NCBI GenBank assembly: GCA_965207885.1
Contig: OZ242311.1
Span: forward strand, 3,552,001 to 3,616,000
DNA length: 64,000 nucleotides
Reading direction: 5' to 3'
Origin: Candidatus Latescibacterota bacterium
GTDB taxonomy: Bacteria; Latescibacterota; UBA2968
Positions within the stretch are counted from its first letter, which is position 1. Every line of letters starts with the position of its first letter. Below are positions 29,059-39,175 of this stretch, in pieces. The notes beneath the pieces are model-generated. The model saw nothing but the letters and a program-made list of their open reading frames with translations. It searched no databases and was not told the DNA's origin. The position numbers were made by a program, and so were the translations under genes.

Positions 29059-29838
29059 TTACTCAGCCGTTGGATCAAAGCCTTCAATACGCCCTTCCTG
29101 AATCTCGATCTCATCGCGCCGTCTCACCCGCTCAACCTGTCCATCGCGCAAATCGACCACGCGATCAGATACCCCGAGCATCTTGTGGTCGTGGGTATTG
29201 GTCACAATGGTCACACCGCTTTCGCCCTGCATCTTGAGCAACAACTCGATAATTTCCTGTCCGGTCTTCAAATCGAGATTTCCAGTCGGCTCATCAGCCA
29301 AAATCAAATCGGGATCATTGGCCATCGCTCTGGCAATTGCCACGCGCTGCTGCTGTCCACCCGATAGCTCGTAGGGTTTGTGATGCAGGCGGTCGGAAAG
29401 GCCCACCAGCGACAATTTATGTGCTGCTTTCTCTTCGTAATCTTTGCGCGACATACCCGAAAACACCATGGGCAAAGCCACATTTTCAAGCGCCGTCATC
29501 ACAGGAATCAGGTTAAACGACTGAAAAATATATCCCACACTGTGGCAGCGCAAATAGGCAATTTGCCCCTGGCTCATATCGCCCATATTGGCACCGTTGA
29601 CCAATACAGTTCCCTTCGTGGGTGTATCCAATGCCCCGACCATGTTAAACATCGTGGTTTTTCCCGAGCCAGAAGGACCCATAATGGACAAATACTCACC
29701 GCGAATCACATCGAGGTTCACGCCTTGCAGGGCATGCACTTCCTGGTCGCCCATCCGATAGGTCTTCCAGACCCCTTGAACTTTGATAATATAATCTTCA
29801 GCATCAACCTGTTGTTCAGCAGCCGATTCCTGAGCCAT
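29059..29838 (-). CDS. ABC transporter ATP-binding protein, LolD/MacB/FtsE type
   Basis: GPSGSGKTT Walker A, GYIFQSFNL, LSGGQQQRVAIARA, ILADEPTGNLD, THD; GAGGAG RBS before MAQES. Confidence 0.92.
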   Translation of the reverse strand: MAQESAAEQQVDAEDYIIKVQGVWKTYRMGDQEVHALQGVNLDVIRGEYLSIMGPSGSGKTTMFNMVGALDTPTKGTVLVNGANMGDMSQGQIAYLRCHSVGYIFQSFNLIPVMTALENVALPMVFSGMSRKDYEEKAAHKLSLVGLSDRLHHKPYELSGGQQQRVAIARAMANDPDLILADEPTGNLDLKTGQEIIELLLKMQGESGVTIVTNTHDHKMLGVSDRVVDLRDGQVERVRRRDEIEIQEGRIEGFDPTAE

Positions 29839-30029
29839 TGTGTTCTCCTCTGAAACAATAAAGTTCACCATTGAACTCACGTATGGTAGCGAAAACCCAT
29901 GGGCATGTCAAGCCATTTTAATCGGAATAAAATTCTACGTGATTCCACAGGCGTCTTCTGCTATATTCTAAACCGCATTGTGCTACACACCAGTAGTGTC
30001 TCCAAAACTATGGCAGAAAGGACCATATC

Positions 30030-30854
30030 ATGAAACTCGCAGTATGTAATGAATTTTTCGAAGATTGGAAAATCGAGGACGTCTTTAACTACGCAGCAGA
30101 AATTGGCTGTGACGGCGTGGAAATTGCGCCTTTTACACTCGCGGAAAGCGTCACACAAATCTCTGCAAAACAGCGCAGCGACATTCGCAAAGCCGCGGAA
30201 AAGGCTGGCGTGGAAATCGTTGGCTTGCACTGGCTACTCGCCAGTCCACCAGGGCTTTATCTCACACATCCCGACAAATCCATCCGCGACAAAACTGAGG
30301 ACTATATCAAAGCATTGATCAACTTTTGCGGCGATTTGGGCGGACAGGTTATGATCCACGGCTCACCGGCACAGCGCAACATCCAAAAAGGCTGGGACCG
30401 CGAAGAATGCTGGAAATACGCCGTCGATGTCTTTTCAAACTGCACCGCAGAAATGCAACAAAACAACGTCACCTACTGCATCGAAGCACTCACGGGCAAA
30501 GAAACCAATATCCTGAACTCCATCTCTGAAGCCCTCAAAATGGTCGCCGATGTCGGCCACCCAAATTTCCAGACCATGGTCGATACCAAAGCCGCAGCCG
30601 CCGAAAACAAACCCCATGTAGATGTAATCGCCGAAGCTGGCAAAGCCATGCGCCATGTCCATGTCAACGACCCCAATTTGCGCGGTCCGGGATTTGGCGA
30701 TCTGCAATTTGCATCCATCCTCCGCGCCCTCAAAGACCGCCACTACAATGGTTATGTATCCGTAGAAGTCTTTGACTTCAAGCCCGACCCACAAACCATT
30801 GCCGCACGCAGCATCGGTTATCTCAAGGGTATTTTAGAGGGATTAGAAAATTAG
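30030..30854 (+). CDS. Sugar phosphate isomerase/epimerase (D-tagatose/psicose 3-epimerase-like TIM barrel)
   Basis: GVEIAPF, IEAL, MVDT, HVHVND and YVSVEVF metal ligands. Confidence 0.85.
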   Translation: MKLAVCNEFFEDWKIEDVFNYAAEIGCDGVEIAPFTLAESVTQISAKQRSDIRKAAEKAGVEIVGLHWLLASPPGLYLTHPDKSIRDKTEDYIKALINFCGDLGGQVMIHGSPAQRNIQKGWDREECWKYAVDVFSNCTAEMQQNNVTYCIEALTGKETNILNSISEALKMVADVGHPNFQTMVDTKAAAAENKPHVDVIAEAGKAMRHVHVNDPNLRGPGFGDLQFASILRALKDRHYNGYVSVEVFDFKPDPQTIAARSIGYLKGILEGLEN

Positions 30855-30856
30855 AA

Positions 30857-31687
30857 TCAATGTTCCGGCAACCGCTCTGCCACAAAACCCAATTCTTCTT
30901 TAATTCGACTCACATCGTAAACACTATCGTATTCATGCCCGGGCCGTTCAAAATGCGACAGATCCACCTCATCGCCCCACCAGGCGCGAAAAATCTCCGC
31001 CACGGGTACGGCAACCCACGCCTTTGGACCCGCGGCATTCATAATGCGAACCCCGGGTTTGTGCGGTGACAGTGCAGACAGCGCGAATACCCGAACTGCA
31101 TCTGGCAAATCCATAATGGTCATGGAGCCCAGGCCCCACTGTCGCGTCGGAGAAATATTTCGCAAAGGCGGCAATCCGGCGTGCGGCACCGAAGACAGAC
31201 GCAAATTAATCACATCGATATCGCCATCTTGCCGCGCATAGAACTTTGTGATCTCCTCCATCAAAAATTTTGACAACCCATACCCATTGCGATCCAGACA
31301 TGGGTGCTCATCGGGAATCGGCAATGTCTGCGGACGAAAAGCCTCATTCTGCATCCCAACCGCTGCGATCGAACTCGCCATCACAAATTTGCGGCATCCG
31401 CGATCCATCAAATAGCGCATCAAACACCGCGTACCCTCCACATTGACAATCACCGCATCGCGCTCCGAACAACCGCCGGTCACAGCCGCGAGATGAATCA
31501 CAACATCAATCGACTCATCATTGAGCTGTTGCAAATCTTCAAAAGAGCCAAACTCGCCGTTCACATAGGGCAAATCCAATTCTGGATTATTTCGACTCAT
31601 ACAAATCACCCTGTGATCTTCCGCCATCGAGACCGACAGTGCCCGACCGATAAAACCACTCGCCCCGGTAATCAGTACTGTGCTCAC
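30857..31687 (-). CDS. NAD-dependent epimerase/dehydratase
   Basis: ITGASGFIG, HLAA, MASS, YGLSK. Confidence 0.85.
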   Translation of the reverse strand: MSTVLITGASGFIGRALSVSMAEDHRVICMSRNNPELDLPYVNGEFGSFEDLQQLNDESIDVVIHLAAVTGGCSERDAVIVNVEGTRCLMRYLMDRGCRKFVMASSIAAVGMQNEAFRPQTLPIPDEHPCLDRNGYGLSKFLMEEITKFYARQDGDIDVINLRLSSVPHAGLPPLRNISPTRQWGLGSMTIMDLPDAVRVFALSALSPHKPGVRIMNAAGPKAWVAVPVAEIFRAWWGDEVDLSHFERPGHEYDSVYDVSRIKEELGFVAERLPEH

Positions 31688-31700
31688 AATCCCTCCTTAT

Positions 31701-32933
31701 TTAATCGCTAAAAATATCACTCGCTCCACCTAAAACACCTGCAATGACCTCTCCCTCTTTCATCACCATCCCCACCTGCCGCAAGCAGGCAATATCCTCA
31801 AGCGGATTGCCATCCAGTGCAATCACATCCGCGAACATCCCAACACTAAGGTGTCCAACGCAATCCGCCAGGCCCAACATTTCAGCCGTATTCGTCGTTA
31901 CCGCCTTTAACGCATCCACCTCTGACACGCCCAGCCCAACGAGTTCTTTTGCCTCGCGCCAGAGCGTTGCATGCGTGCTATCGGTCCCCAAACACACTTT
32001 TACACCCGCCCGCACGGCTTCGGGAAGATATTTTGCCGTCAAAGCGCGCGCGCGTTCAACCCGCTCGCGCCACCAATCCCACGCCCACGTATCAAAAGAC
32101 GCAAAACCAACTTCATCGTCGAAAAACAGTTGCAAATTTGGATCGCTCAAATACGCGCCCGATTTCACAAACAAAGCCACATCCTCTTCGGTCAACAAAT
32201 TAGCGTGTTCAATACTATCGATCCCTGCTTCCATCGCCCAGCGCATTGCCGGCCCACCTATCGCGTGTGCGGCCACCGGAATTCCCAGATCGTGTGAAAC
32301 AGCAATCGCCGCATCAATTTCCCGCCTCGAATACGCAGCCACATCTGTCAAATCACCTCGAATATAGTCCTCATAAGAATCGCCCTGGCGAACATTGGTA
32401 ATAAACAACTTGGTCCAATCCGCACCCTGAGAAAAGTTCTCTCGGATCTTCAGCGTCAATTCTTCTTCCCCATCCGCAGGAAAACACAAAAAAGGCGCAG
32501 TCCCGTGACCTGGTCTCAATGCCCGCACACACACCTTCAACCTGGGTCCCACGGCTTCGCCGCGATCAATCGCACCCTGAAAAGCCTTCTCAACACCCAG
32601 CCGATCTCCCAGAGTGCGCATGGTCGTCACACCAGTGCTCAGATCACTTCGCAAATTCATCGCACCGCGCAACACAGCCGTTGTCGCATCCAGATCGAAA
32701 TGCGCACTCAAAGGCAACTGGAACCGATTGTTAATCGTAATATGTACATGAGAATCAATCAACGCTGGCATCACAGTATATGCTGAACAATCCACCACCT
32801 CGGCGTTTGGAGGCACATCTGCTTCAGTTCCGACATCGACCACGCGCCCCTTGTTCACCACGACCATCCCCTGCGGAATAGGTGTACAATCGGGATGAAC
32901 AATCAACAAGTTGGATTTAATCACTTTTGACAT
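31701..32933 (-). CDS. Amidohydrolase family protein (Xaa-Pro dipeptidase-like)
   Basis: PALIDSHVH, GVTTMR, AAHA, SIEH, LGTDS, ADVIALDGNPL. Confidence 0.85.
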   Translation of the reverse strand: MSKVIKSNLLIVHPDCTPIPQGMVVVNKGRVVDVGTEADVPPNAEVVDCSAYTVMPALIDSHVHITINNRFQLPLSAHFDLDATTAVLRGAMNLRSDLSTGVTTMRTLGDRLGVEKAFQGAIDRGEAVGPRLKVCVRALRPGHGTAPFLCFPADGEEELTLKIRENFSQGADWTKLFITNVRQGDSYEDYIRGDLTDVAAYSRREIDAAIAVSHDLGIPVAAHAIGGPAMRWAMEAGIDSIEHANLLTEEDVALFVKSGAYLSDPNLQLFFDDEVGFASFDTWAWDWWRERVERARALTAKYLPEAVRAGVKVCLGTDSTHATLWREAKELVGLGVSEVDALKAVTTNTAEMLGLADCVGHLSVGMFADVIALDGNPLEDIACLRQVGMVMKEGEVIAGVLGGASDIFSD

Positions 32934-33002
32934 ATTTATTTTATTTGTATAATGTAGGTGGAACAACAAAACACCGTCATTTTGATCACCGGAGATCTAT
33001 TC

Positions 33003-34250
33003 ATGCAATTTGGCATCTTTTACGAACACCAGATTCCCCGCCCCTGGGCAGAAGGCGAAGAACACCAGCTTTTCAAAGACGCGCTCGAACAAGTCGAAGT
33101 CGCCGACCGGATCGGCATTGAATATGTTTGGGAAGTTGAACATCACTTTTTGGAAGAATACTCCCACTCCTCAGCCCCCGAAGTTTTTCTCGCCGCATGT
33201 AGCCAGCGCTCGAAAAATATCCGCCTGGGACACGGCATTGTACTCATGCCCCCCAATTACAACCATCCGGCCCGCGTTGCCGAACGCATCGCAACCCTCG
33301 ACCTGATCAGCGACGGACGCGTCGAATGGGGCACGGGTGAATCGGCCTCTCGCGCAGAACTCGAAGGATTCAACGTCCCGCCCGGAGAAAAAAAAGCAAT
33401 GTGGGCGGAAACCGTACGGGAAACCGCCAAAATGCTCGCATCAGACCCGTATCCCGGATATGACGGCGAATTTTTCTCAATGCCCGAACGCAACGTCTTG
33501 CCCAAACCCCTGCAAAAACCCCATCCACCGCTATGGGTCGCCTGTTCCAACCGCGAAAGCATTCGCTGGGCCGGAAAACACGGCATTGGCGCGCTCACCT
33601 TTGCCTTTATTGAACCCGAAGACGCCAAATACTGGGTTGACGAATACTACACCGCATTTGAGAACGAATGTGAACCCCTCGGACAAGCCGTCAACCCCAC
33701 CATCGCCATGGTCGCCGGATTCATGTGTCACGAAAACGGGGAAAAAGCGCGGGCGCAGGGCCTCGAAGGATTCCAATTTTTCGGCTATGCACTCTCCCAT
33801 TACTACCGACACGGGACTCACATCCCCGGCAAATTTGACATCTGGGCAGACTTCCAGCAAAACAAACCCGAACGAAAAAAAGGTTCGGGATCAGGTTGCA
33901 TTGGCACCCCGGACGAGATTCGCGCCCATCTCGAAGCAATGGAAGAAATCGGCGTCGATCAGGTCGTCTTCCTCCAGCAAGCTGGCAACAACAAACACGA
34001 CCATATATGCGAATCGCTCGAATGTTTCGCACAAAATGTATTGCCAGACTTCAAAGCGCGACACGAAATATACGCCGCACAAAAAGCAGAACGACTCGGC
34101 CCCGCCATCGAAAAAGCACTCTCTAAAATTCCACCGATAGACAAACCCAAATCCACACCCTTCGAAGCCTATCCACTCTTAAAATCACCCGACGAAAAGC
34201 AAGAAGACCTCGAAATTGTGGAATCTGTTGCGGGGAAAAAGTCCTCATAA
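33003..34250 (+). CDS. LLM-class flavin-dependent oxidoreductase (luciferase-like monooxygenase)
   Basis: MQFGIFYE, WEVEHHF, HPARVAERIATLD, PKPLQKPHPPLW. Confidence 0.9.
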   Translation: MQFGIFYEHQIPRPWAEGEEHQLFKDALEQVEVADRIGIEYVWEVEHHFLEEYSHSSAPEVFLAACSQRSKNIRLGHGIVLMPPNYNHPARVAERIATLDLISDGRVEWGTGESASRAELEGFNVPPGEKKAMWAETVRETAKMLASDPYPGYDGEFFSMPERNVLPKPLQKPHPPLWVACSNRESIRWAGKHGIGALTFAFIEPEDAKYWVDEYYTAFENECEPLGQAVNPTIAMVAGFMCHENGEKARAQGLEGFQFFGYALSHYYRHGTHIPGKFDIWADFQQNKPERKKGSGSGCIGTPDEIRAHLEAMEEIGVDQVVFLQQAGNNKHDHICESLECFAQNVLPDFKARHEIYAAQKAERLGPAIEKALSKIPPIDKPKSTPFEAYPLLKSPDEKQEDLEIVESVAGKKSS

Positions 34251-35459
34251 TAAATCCAAATCCCCAATCGCCTCGCGCACAGCTTCTATTGTATCTTCAA
34301 TATCCGCCTCTGTATGTGCCAGGGAGAGAAACATCGGATGCGAGGGATGTAAATAAAACCCACGCGCAAGACATCCCCGCAACACCTCCATGCAGCGATC
34401 GCGGTCAGAATCGTCTATCACTGGACGCGGCATTGGCCCGACGCCAATGAGATGATAACTCAGTCCTCCTGCTTCGCAAACAGCGTTGATACCTTCGATC
34501 AATCGGCTTCCAATTTTCCATTGATAGGCAATGCCATTCCGCCTCTGCAGTTCCCCTATCACGACCTCCATAGCCGTCAAACTGAGCGGATCCCCGTGCG
34601 CGGTACCTGTCATCCACACCGACTGACACGCTTTTGCCCCCAGAATCTCGCGCTTCCCGGCAATAAAACTCCCCGCATACCCATTGCAACACGCTTTGCC
34701 AAACGTCGCAATATCGGGTACAACCCCATAATATTCCCCCCCACCGCCCATCGCCACGCGAAAACCCACCTTTGTCTCGTCAAACACGCAGACCGCGCCG
34801 TGTGCATGCGCTAGATCTACACACCCTTGCAAAAACCCATCCGGCGGGCCGCCCCCTTGAATCGTCTCCATCACCACACACGCCACCTGATTGTCATATT
34901 TCTTCAAACACGCTTCCAGAGCGTCTAAATCGCCGTAAGGAACCGCACAGGTCAGCTCACTGACGGATTTCGGGACACCCTCGTCGCCGGGACGCGCCCA
35001 ATCGTGCCAGCCGTGATACCCGCACGTAATCACTCTATCGCGCCCCGTATATACCCGCGACAGGCGCACCGCGCTGGAAGTCGCCGCACTGCCTCCAATA
35101 AAAAACCCCACTATCTCAGCACATGGAATCACTTCAATGAGCAATTCCGCAACCGCCAACTCCCTGGGATACGCCAGACTGTACACCGTGCCATTCGCCA
35201 CCTGCTCGTGTATTGCACGGCACACAGCAGGATCATCATACCCCAGAACAATCGGCCCGAAACCCATTACATAATCCAAAAACTCATTGCCATCCACATC
35301 CCAAAATCGCGCCCCCGACGCGCGCTGTACAAATGCGGGATAGTCCATATCGACCTGGCCAAAAATATTCTTATGCGGAATGTACCCGCGAACCAGAACA
35401 TCGCCATAGCGATTCAGCAGAGCCTTTGACTTTGCAATGGTGTAATTCTTTTTTGACAT
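34245..35459 (-). CDS. Class III aminotransferase (glutamate-1-semialdehyde aminomutase-like)
   Basis: WDVDGNEFLDY, GYHGWHD, VFDETKVGFR, PDIATFGK (PLP Lys). Confidence 0.85.
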   Translation of the reverse strand: MSKKNYTIAKSKALLNRYGDVLVRGYIPHKNIFGQVDMDYPAFVQRASGARFWDVDGNEFLDYVMGFGPIVLGYDDPAVCRAIHEQVANGTVYSLAYPRELAVAELLIEVIPCAEIVGFFIGGSAATSSAVRLSRVYTGRDRVITCGYHGWHDWARPGDEGVPKSVSELTCAVPYGDLDALEACLKKYDNQVACVVMETIQGGGPPDGFLQGCVDLAHAHGAVCVFDETKVGFRVAMGGGGEYYGVVPDIATFGKACCNGYAGSFIAGKREILGAKACQSVWMTGTAHGDPLSLTAMEVVIGELQRRNGIAYQWKIGSRLIEGINAVCEAGGLSYHLIGVGPMPRPVIDDSDRDRCMEVLRGCLARGFYLHPSHPMFLSLAHTEADIEDTIEAVREAIGDLDLL

Positions 35460-35647
35460 TTCGACCTCCTTCGCGCGTAAATTGAACCTCTTTTTCTAAC
35501 AAATGAACTTCTCACACAGACACAAGCACAAAATAGACTGCTTCTGCGCTCCTATTGTACTTGCCCCCCGTCTTTTCTTATCTTATCCTATTTTCAATAG
35601 AGAGATAGTTTTACACTTCTTACTTCTCACTTCTCACCGGAGAATTT

Positions 35648-36682
35648 ATGCCACGCGAACTCATTGCAGACCGGCCGGGACACACGACACTGCGAGAATA
35701 CGATGAAGAACCCTTAAAACGCGATCAAGTGCGTGCAAAAAGCTTGTTTTCGGCGGTAAAACACGGCACGGAGTTCCGGGGTTTTCAGGCCAATACACTC
35801 GATGCGTCCGATATTTTTAGCTGGGAATGGCGCATGCACCTGCGCGGGCAAAAACAGAAAGATGCGTTTCCCAAACGATTGGGCAATATGTATGTCGCCG
35901 ACGTGACAGACGTGGGACAAGACGTGTCAAATATTCGGGTGGGAGAGCGGATTTTTGGTCATGGTCCCGTTCGAGAGACGCATACACTTTCGGAGGATCG
36001 CGTAGAAAAATCTCCGGATGGCGTATCGTGGCAGGCTCTAATGGCTACAGACCCCGCAGGCGTTGCCCTCGGCGGCGTCAGAGATGCCAATATTCGCATC
36101 GGGGATCGCGTTGCGGTCTTTGGTCTGGGAGCAATTGGATTGATGACAGTACAACTCGCCCGCATCGCCGGCGCGCGCTGGGTTGCGGCAATTGACCCCA
36201 TTGAAAAGCGATGCCTGATTTCCGAAGCCTACGGTGCAGACCTCGTCCTGGATCCGCGCGAAGCTGATGTCGGCCTGGTCATTAAACAAGCCACCGCAAA
36301 ACTCGGCGTCGATGTATCCATGGAAACCAGTGGATCGTCCGCTGCAATGACCGATGCACTGCGCTCAACGCGCTATCAGGGCACCGTTGTATCCACAGCC
36401 TATTACAATACCCCCATGCAAAACCTGCATTTGACCGGCGAATGGCACCGCAATCGGATTCGCATTATATCCGTGAGGTCCGACAGCGAACCCTGGCTGG
36501 ATTACGGGTGGGACAAAAAGCGCGGAAATAAAGAAGCCTACGACCTGCTCGTTGACGGCCGTCTAAACGCCGAGGGCTTAATCGATCCCATCGTGCCATT
36601 TAATCGCGTTGCCGAAGCCTATATGCAAATGAATGAACATCCCGAAACTGGGATTAAACTCGGCGTTGATCATTCCCTCTAA
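35648..36682 (+). CDS. MDR-superfamily dehydrogenase
   Basis: KHGTE, VFGLGAIG, GVDVSMETSG. Confidence 0.8.
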   Translation: MPRELIADRPGHTTLREYDEEPLKRDQVRAKSLFSAVKHGTEFRGFQANTLDASDIFSWEWRMHLRGQKQKDAFPKRLGNMYVADVTDVGQDVSNIRVGERIFGHGPVRETHTLSEDRVEKSPDGVSWQALMATDPAGVALGGVRDANIRIGDRVAVFGLGAIGLMTVQLARIAGARWVAAIDPIEKRCLISEAYGADLVLDPREADVGLVIKQATAKLGVDVSMETSGSSAAMTDALRSTRYQGTVVSTAYYNTPMQNLHLTGEWHRNRIRIISVRSDSEPWLDYGWDKKRGNKEAYDLLVDGRLNAEGLIDPIVPFNRVAEAYMQMNEHPETGIKLGVDHSL

Positions 36683-36704
36683 TGGGTGATTTCAACATTT
36701 ACTC

Positions 36705-39170
36705 ATGCCAAAAATTCAGACCATAGCGCTATGTCTATCTGTCCTGTTGACCACCACAGACCTGCTGGCGAGTGAGGGCACAGTACAGCAAGTTTCGGGA
36801 GACCTCGTTTACGTCACGGGCATGAACGGTTTGGCGCCGCTCTGGTCAAATCTCACAGTGCAAAACGGACAGGACACAGGCGCAAAACTCGAAGTCATCA
36901 AAGAATTGCCAGAACTGGTCATAGCAAGAGTCGTAGAGGCCAACGGAACAGCGGTGAATACCGGCGATGCGGTAGTGCTGAGCAGCACACAATCAGATGC
37001 ATCAGCGCGAAAAGCCAGGCGAATCGTTTACGCTACCCGCGTTGACAAAAATCCAAATGTAGATGGCGCACTGGACGACCCCGTATGGTCGCGGGCAACG
37101 CCGATCAGGGGTTTTGTACAGCGCGACCCAAACTACTGGATGCCAAGCCCCGAACAAACGATCGCGCGGATTATTTACACGGACAAGAGCATCTACTTTG
37201 GTTTTGAATGCCTCGTCCCAGACTCCTCTCAATTTATCGCAAACAACATGCGACGAGATTCCGAAATCTCCGGCGATGACAATATTCAAATCCTGCTCGA
37301 CACGTACAATGATCGCCAGAACGGCTTCTTTTTCTTTGTCAACCCTCTGGGGGCGCAAAGCGACTTGATGCTCTCCAACGAGGGGCGAACTTATAATAGC
37401 GATTGGGATTGCAATTGGACCGCCCGTACCAAACACTATCCCGACCGATGGACAGTCGAAATCGAAATCCCGTTTAGCCAACTGCGGTTTAAGCAAGCTG
37501 CCGACGCCACATGGGGCATCAATCTCGCGCGCTATATTGCCCGAAAAAATCTGGCGACCCAGCTCGTCGTCGGCCAGCAGACTTCTTCATCCACAGAGCG
37601 TTACCGCACGGCGGACATCGGTGAACTGCACGGCCTCCAACACATTCGCGCCAGGCGCCCGATATACATCAAACCCTACGCCTTGCCGGGCACGACCATC
37701 GACGATCAGGCAACCGCCCCCTCTGAAAGCCGCACATTTGAAACGGGTCTCGATCTGCGCTATGGCATCACGTCAAACATCTCGCTTGACTTATCCTACA
37801 ACACGGATTTCGCACAGGTAGAAGGCGACCAGGAACAAACCAACCTGACGCAGTTCCGTCTCTTCTTCCCCGAAAAACGCGAATTCTTCCTCGAAGGAGC
37901 CAACCTCTTCCAATTTGGCGAACAAGCGCGAAGAACCGGCAGCGGTACCAGACCTCCCACCCTCCTTTTTTATACCAGACGCATCGGCCTTGAAAAAGGG
38001 AAAAAAATCCCGATTATCGTCGGATCAAAAATTGCCGGGAAAGAGGGACGAACCAGTATTGGAGGCCTCAATGTACTGACCGACGCGGCATTGTTTGCAG
38101 AAGATGGAGACACAGTTCAGGTACACCGCACCAATTACTCGGTCCTCAGCATAAGACGCGACGTATTTGCGCGATCAAACTTCGGTTTCATCATGGTCAA
38201 CAAACAAATCGATGACCCTCACGAGGGATGGAACCAGTACAACCGCGCGGGCGGTATTGATTTCAACTATTCCCCAACTTCAACCTTGAATTTCCAAGCT
38301 TTTGCAGCACGAACATGGGATTCACAAATTGGAGATGCAGACGATGCGCGATTTGTATCTATGAATTATCGCGGCACTAAGTATTGGGCCCGGCTCAAAT
38401 TTCTCGATGTCGAGGAACAATTTGAACCCGCCGTGGGATTCATCAATCGCAGAAGTGGATTGGAAGGTTTCAGGCGCTATGACCTCTATGCGCGCTACAG
38501 ACCCAGGCCAAAATTCGGCAATATTCGCTACATGTCAATCGGCCCCGAAGCGCAAATCTTCACAGACCACAACAACAATGTGAAATACTGGACAGTCGAA
38601 CTCTCGGCATTTACCATTTTTAATACCGGTGACTACTGGCGGAACGAATTAAAACGCACGCGCGATGTGGTCGATAAAGAATTCTCTCCCTCTGCGCGAA
38701 ACAAAGATGTAATCATCCCCCCCGGGGAATATACCTTCACATCATTTATCACGGGACCGCGTCCCAGTCGGACCCGAAAATTGCGCCCCGGTATCACCTT
38801 TGAAGCTGGCACATACTACACAGGAAGACGCTATACCATTCGCTCGGAAAGCGCCTTTCGCCCCTCTGGCCAGCTGTCTTATGAAGTGGAATATCAGGGC
38901 GACTGGGTCCGACTTCCTCAGGGAAACTTTAATGTCCACACACTTAGCAATCGCCTGCAGTACTCCTTTTCCACAGACTTTTTTGTCAAACTCTTTGTAC
39001 AGTGGAACAACGACAAAGAGTTCGCAAGCGCGAATTTTCTCCTCAACTACCGGTATCGCCCCGGCAGCGACATCTTTCTCGTCTTCGACAGCGCTTATGG
39101 CACCGATCCGACTTTAACCCGACGAAACCGCTCAGTGCTCCTCAAGCTCTCCTATCTCCTGGGTCTGTGA
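36705..39170 (+). CDS. Carbohydrate-binding family 9-like / DUF5916 outer-membrane protein
   Basis: VDGALDDPVW, WTVEIEIPFSQLRF, NTDFAQVE, LFFPEKREFFLEG; C-terminal beta-strand KLSYLLGL. Confidence 0.8.
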   Translation: MPKIQTIALCLSVLLTTTDLLASEGTVQQVSGDLVYVTGMNGLAPLWSNLTVQNGQDTGAKLEVIKELPELVIARVVEANGTAVNTGDAVVLSSTQSDASARKARRIVYATRVDKNPNVDGALDDPVWSRATPIRGFVQRDPNYWMPSPEQTIARIIYTDKSIYFGFECLVPDSSQFIANNMRRDSEISGDDNIQILLDTYNDRQNGFFFFVNPLGAQSDLMLSNEGRTYNSDWDCNWTARTKHYPDRWTVEIEIPFSQLRFKQAADATWGINLARYIARKNLATQLVVGQQTSSSTERYRTADIGELHGLQHIRARRPIYIKPYALPGTTIDDQATAPSESRTFETGLDLRYGITSNISLDLSYNTDFAQVEGDQEQTNLTQFRLFFPEKREFFLEGANLFQFGEQARRTGSGTRPPTLLFYTRRIGLEKGKKIPIIVGSKIAGKEGRTSIGGLNVLTDAALFAEDGDTVQVHRTNYSVLSIRRDVFARSNFGFIMVNKQIDDPHEGWNQYNRAGGIDFNYSPTSTLNFQAFAARTWDSQIGDADDARFVSMNYRGTKYWARLKFLDVEEQFEPAVGFINRRSGLEGFRRYDLYARYRPRPKFGNIRYMSIGPEAQIFTDHNNNVKYWTVELSAFTIFNTGDYWRNELKRTRDVVDKEFSPSARNKDVIIPPGEYTFTSFITGPRPSRTRKLRPGITFEAGTYYTGRRYTIRSESAFRPSGQLSYEVEYQGDWVRLPQGNFNVHTLSNRLQYSFSTDFFVKLFVQWNNDKEFASANFLLNYRYRPGSDIFLVFDSAYGTDPTLTRRNRSVLLKLSYLLGL

Positions 39171-39175
39171 TGAAT

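Noticed and set aside
34245-35459. Calling this gene hemL
   Set aside because: It is divergent from canonical HemL at the N-terminus and has no tetrapyrrole gene context, so it is kept as a generic class III aminotransferase.
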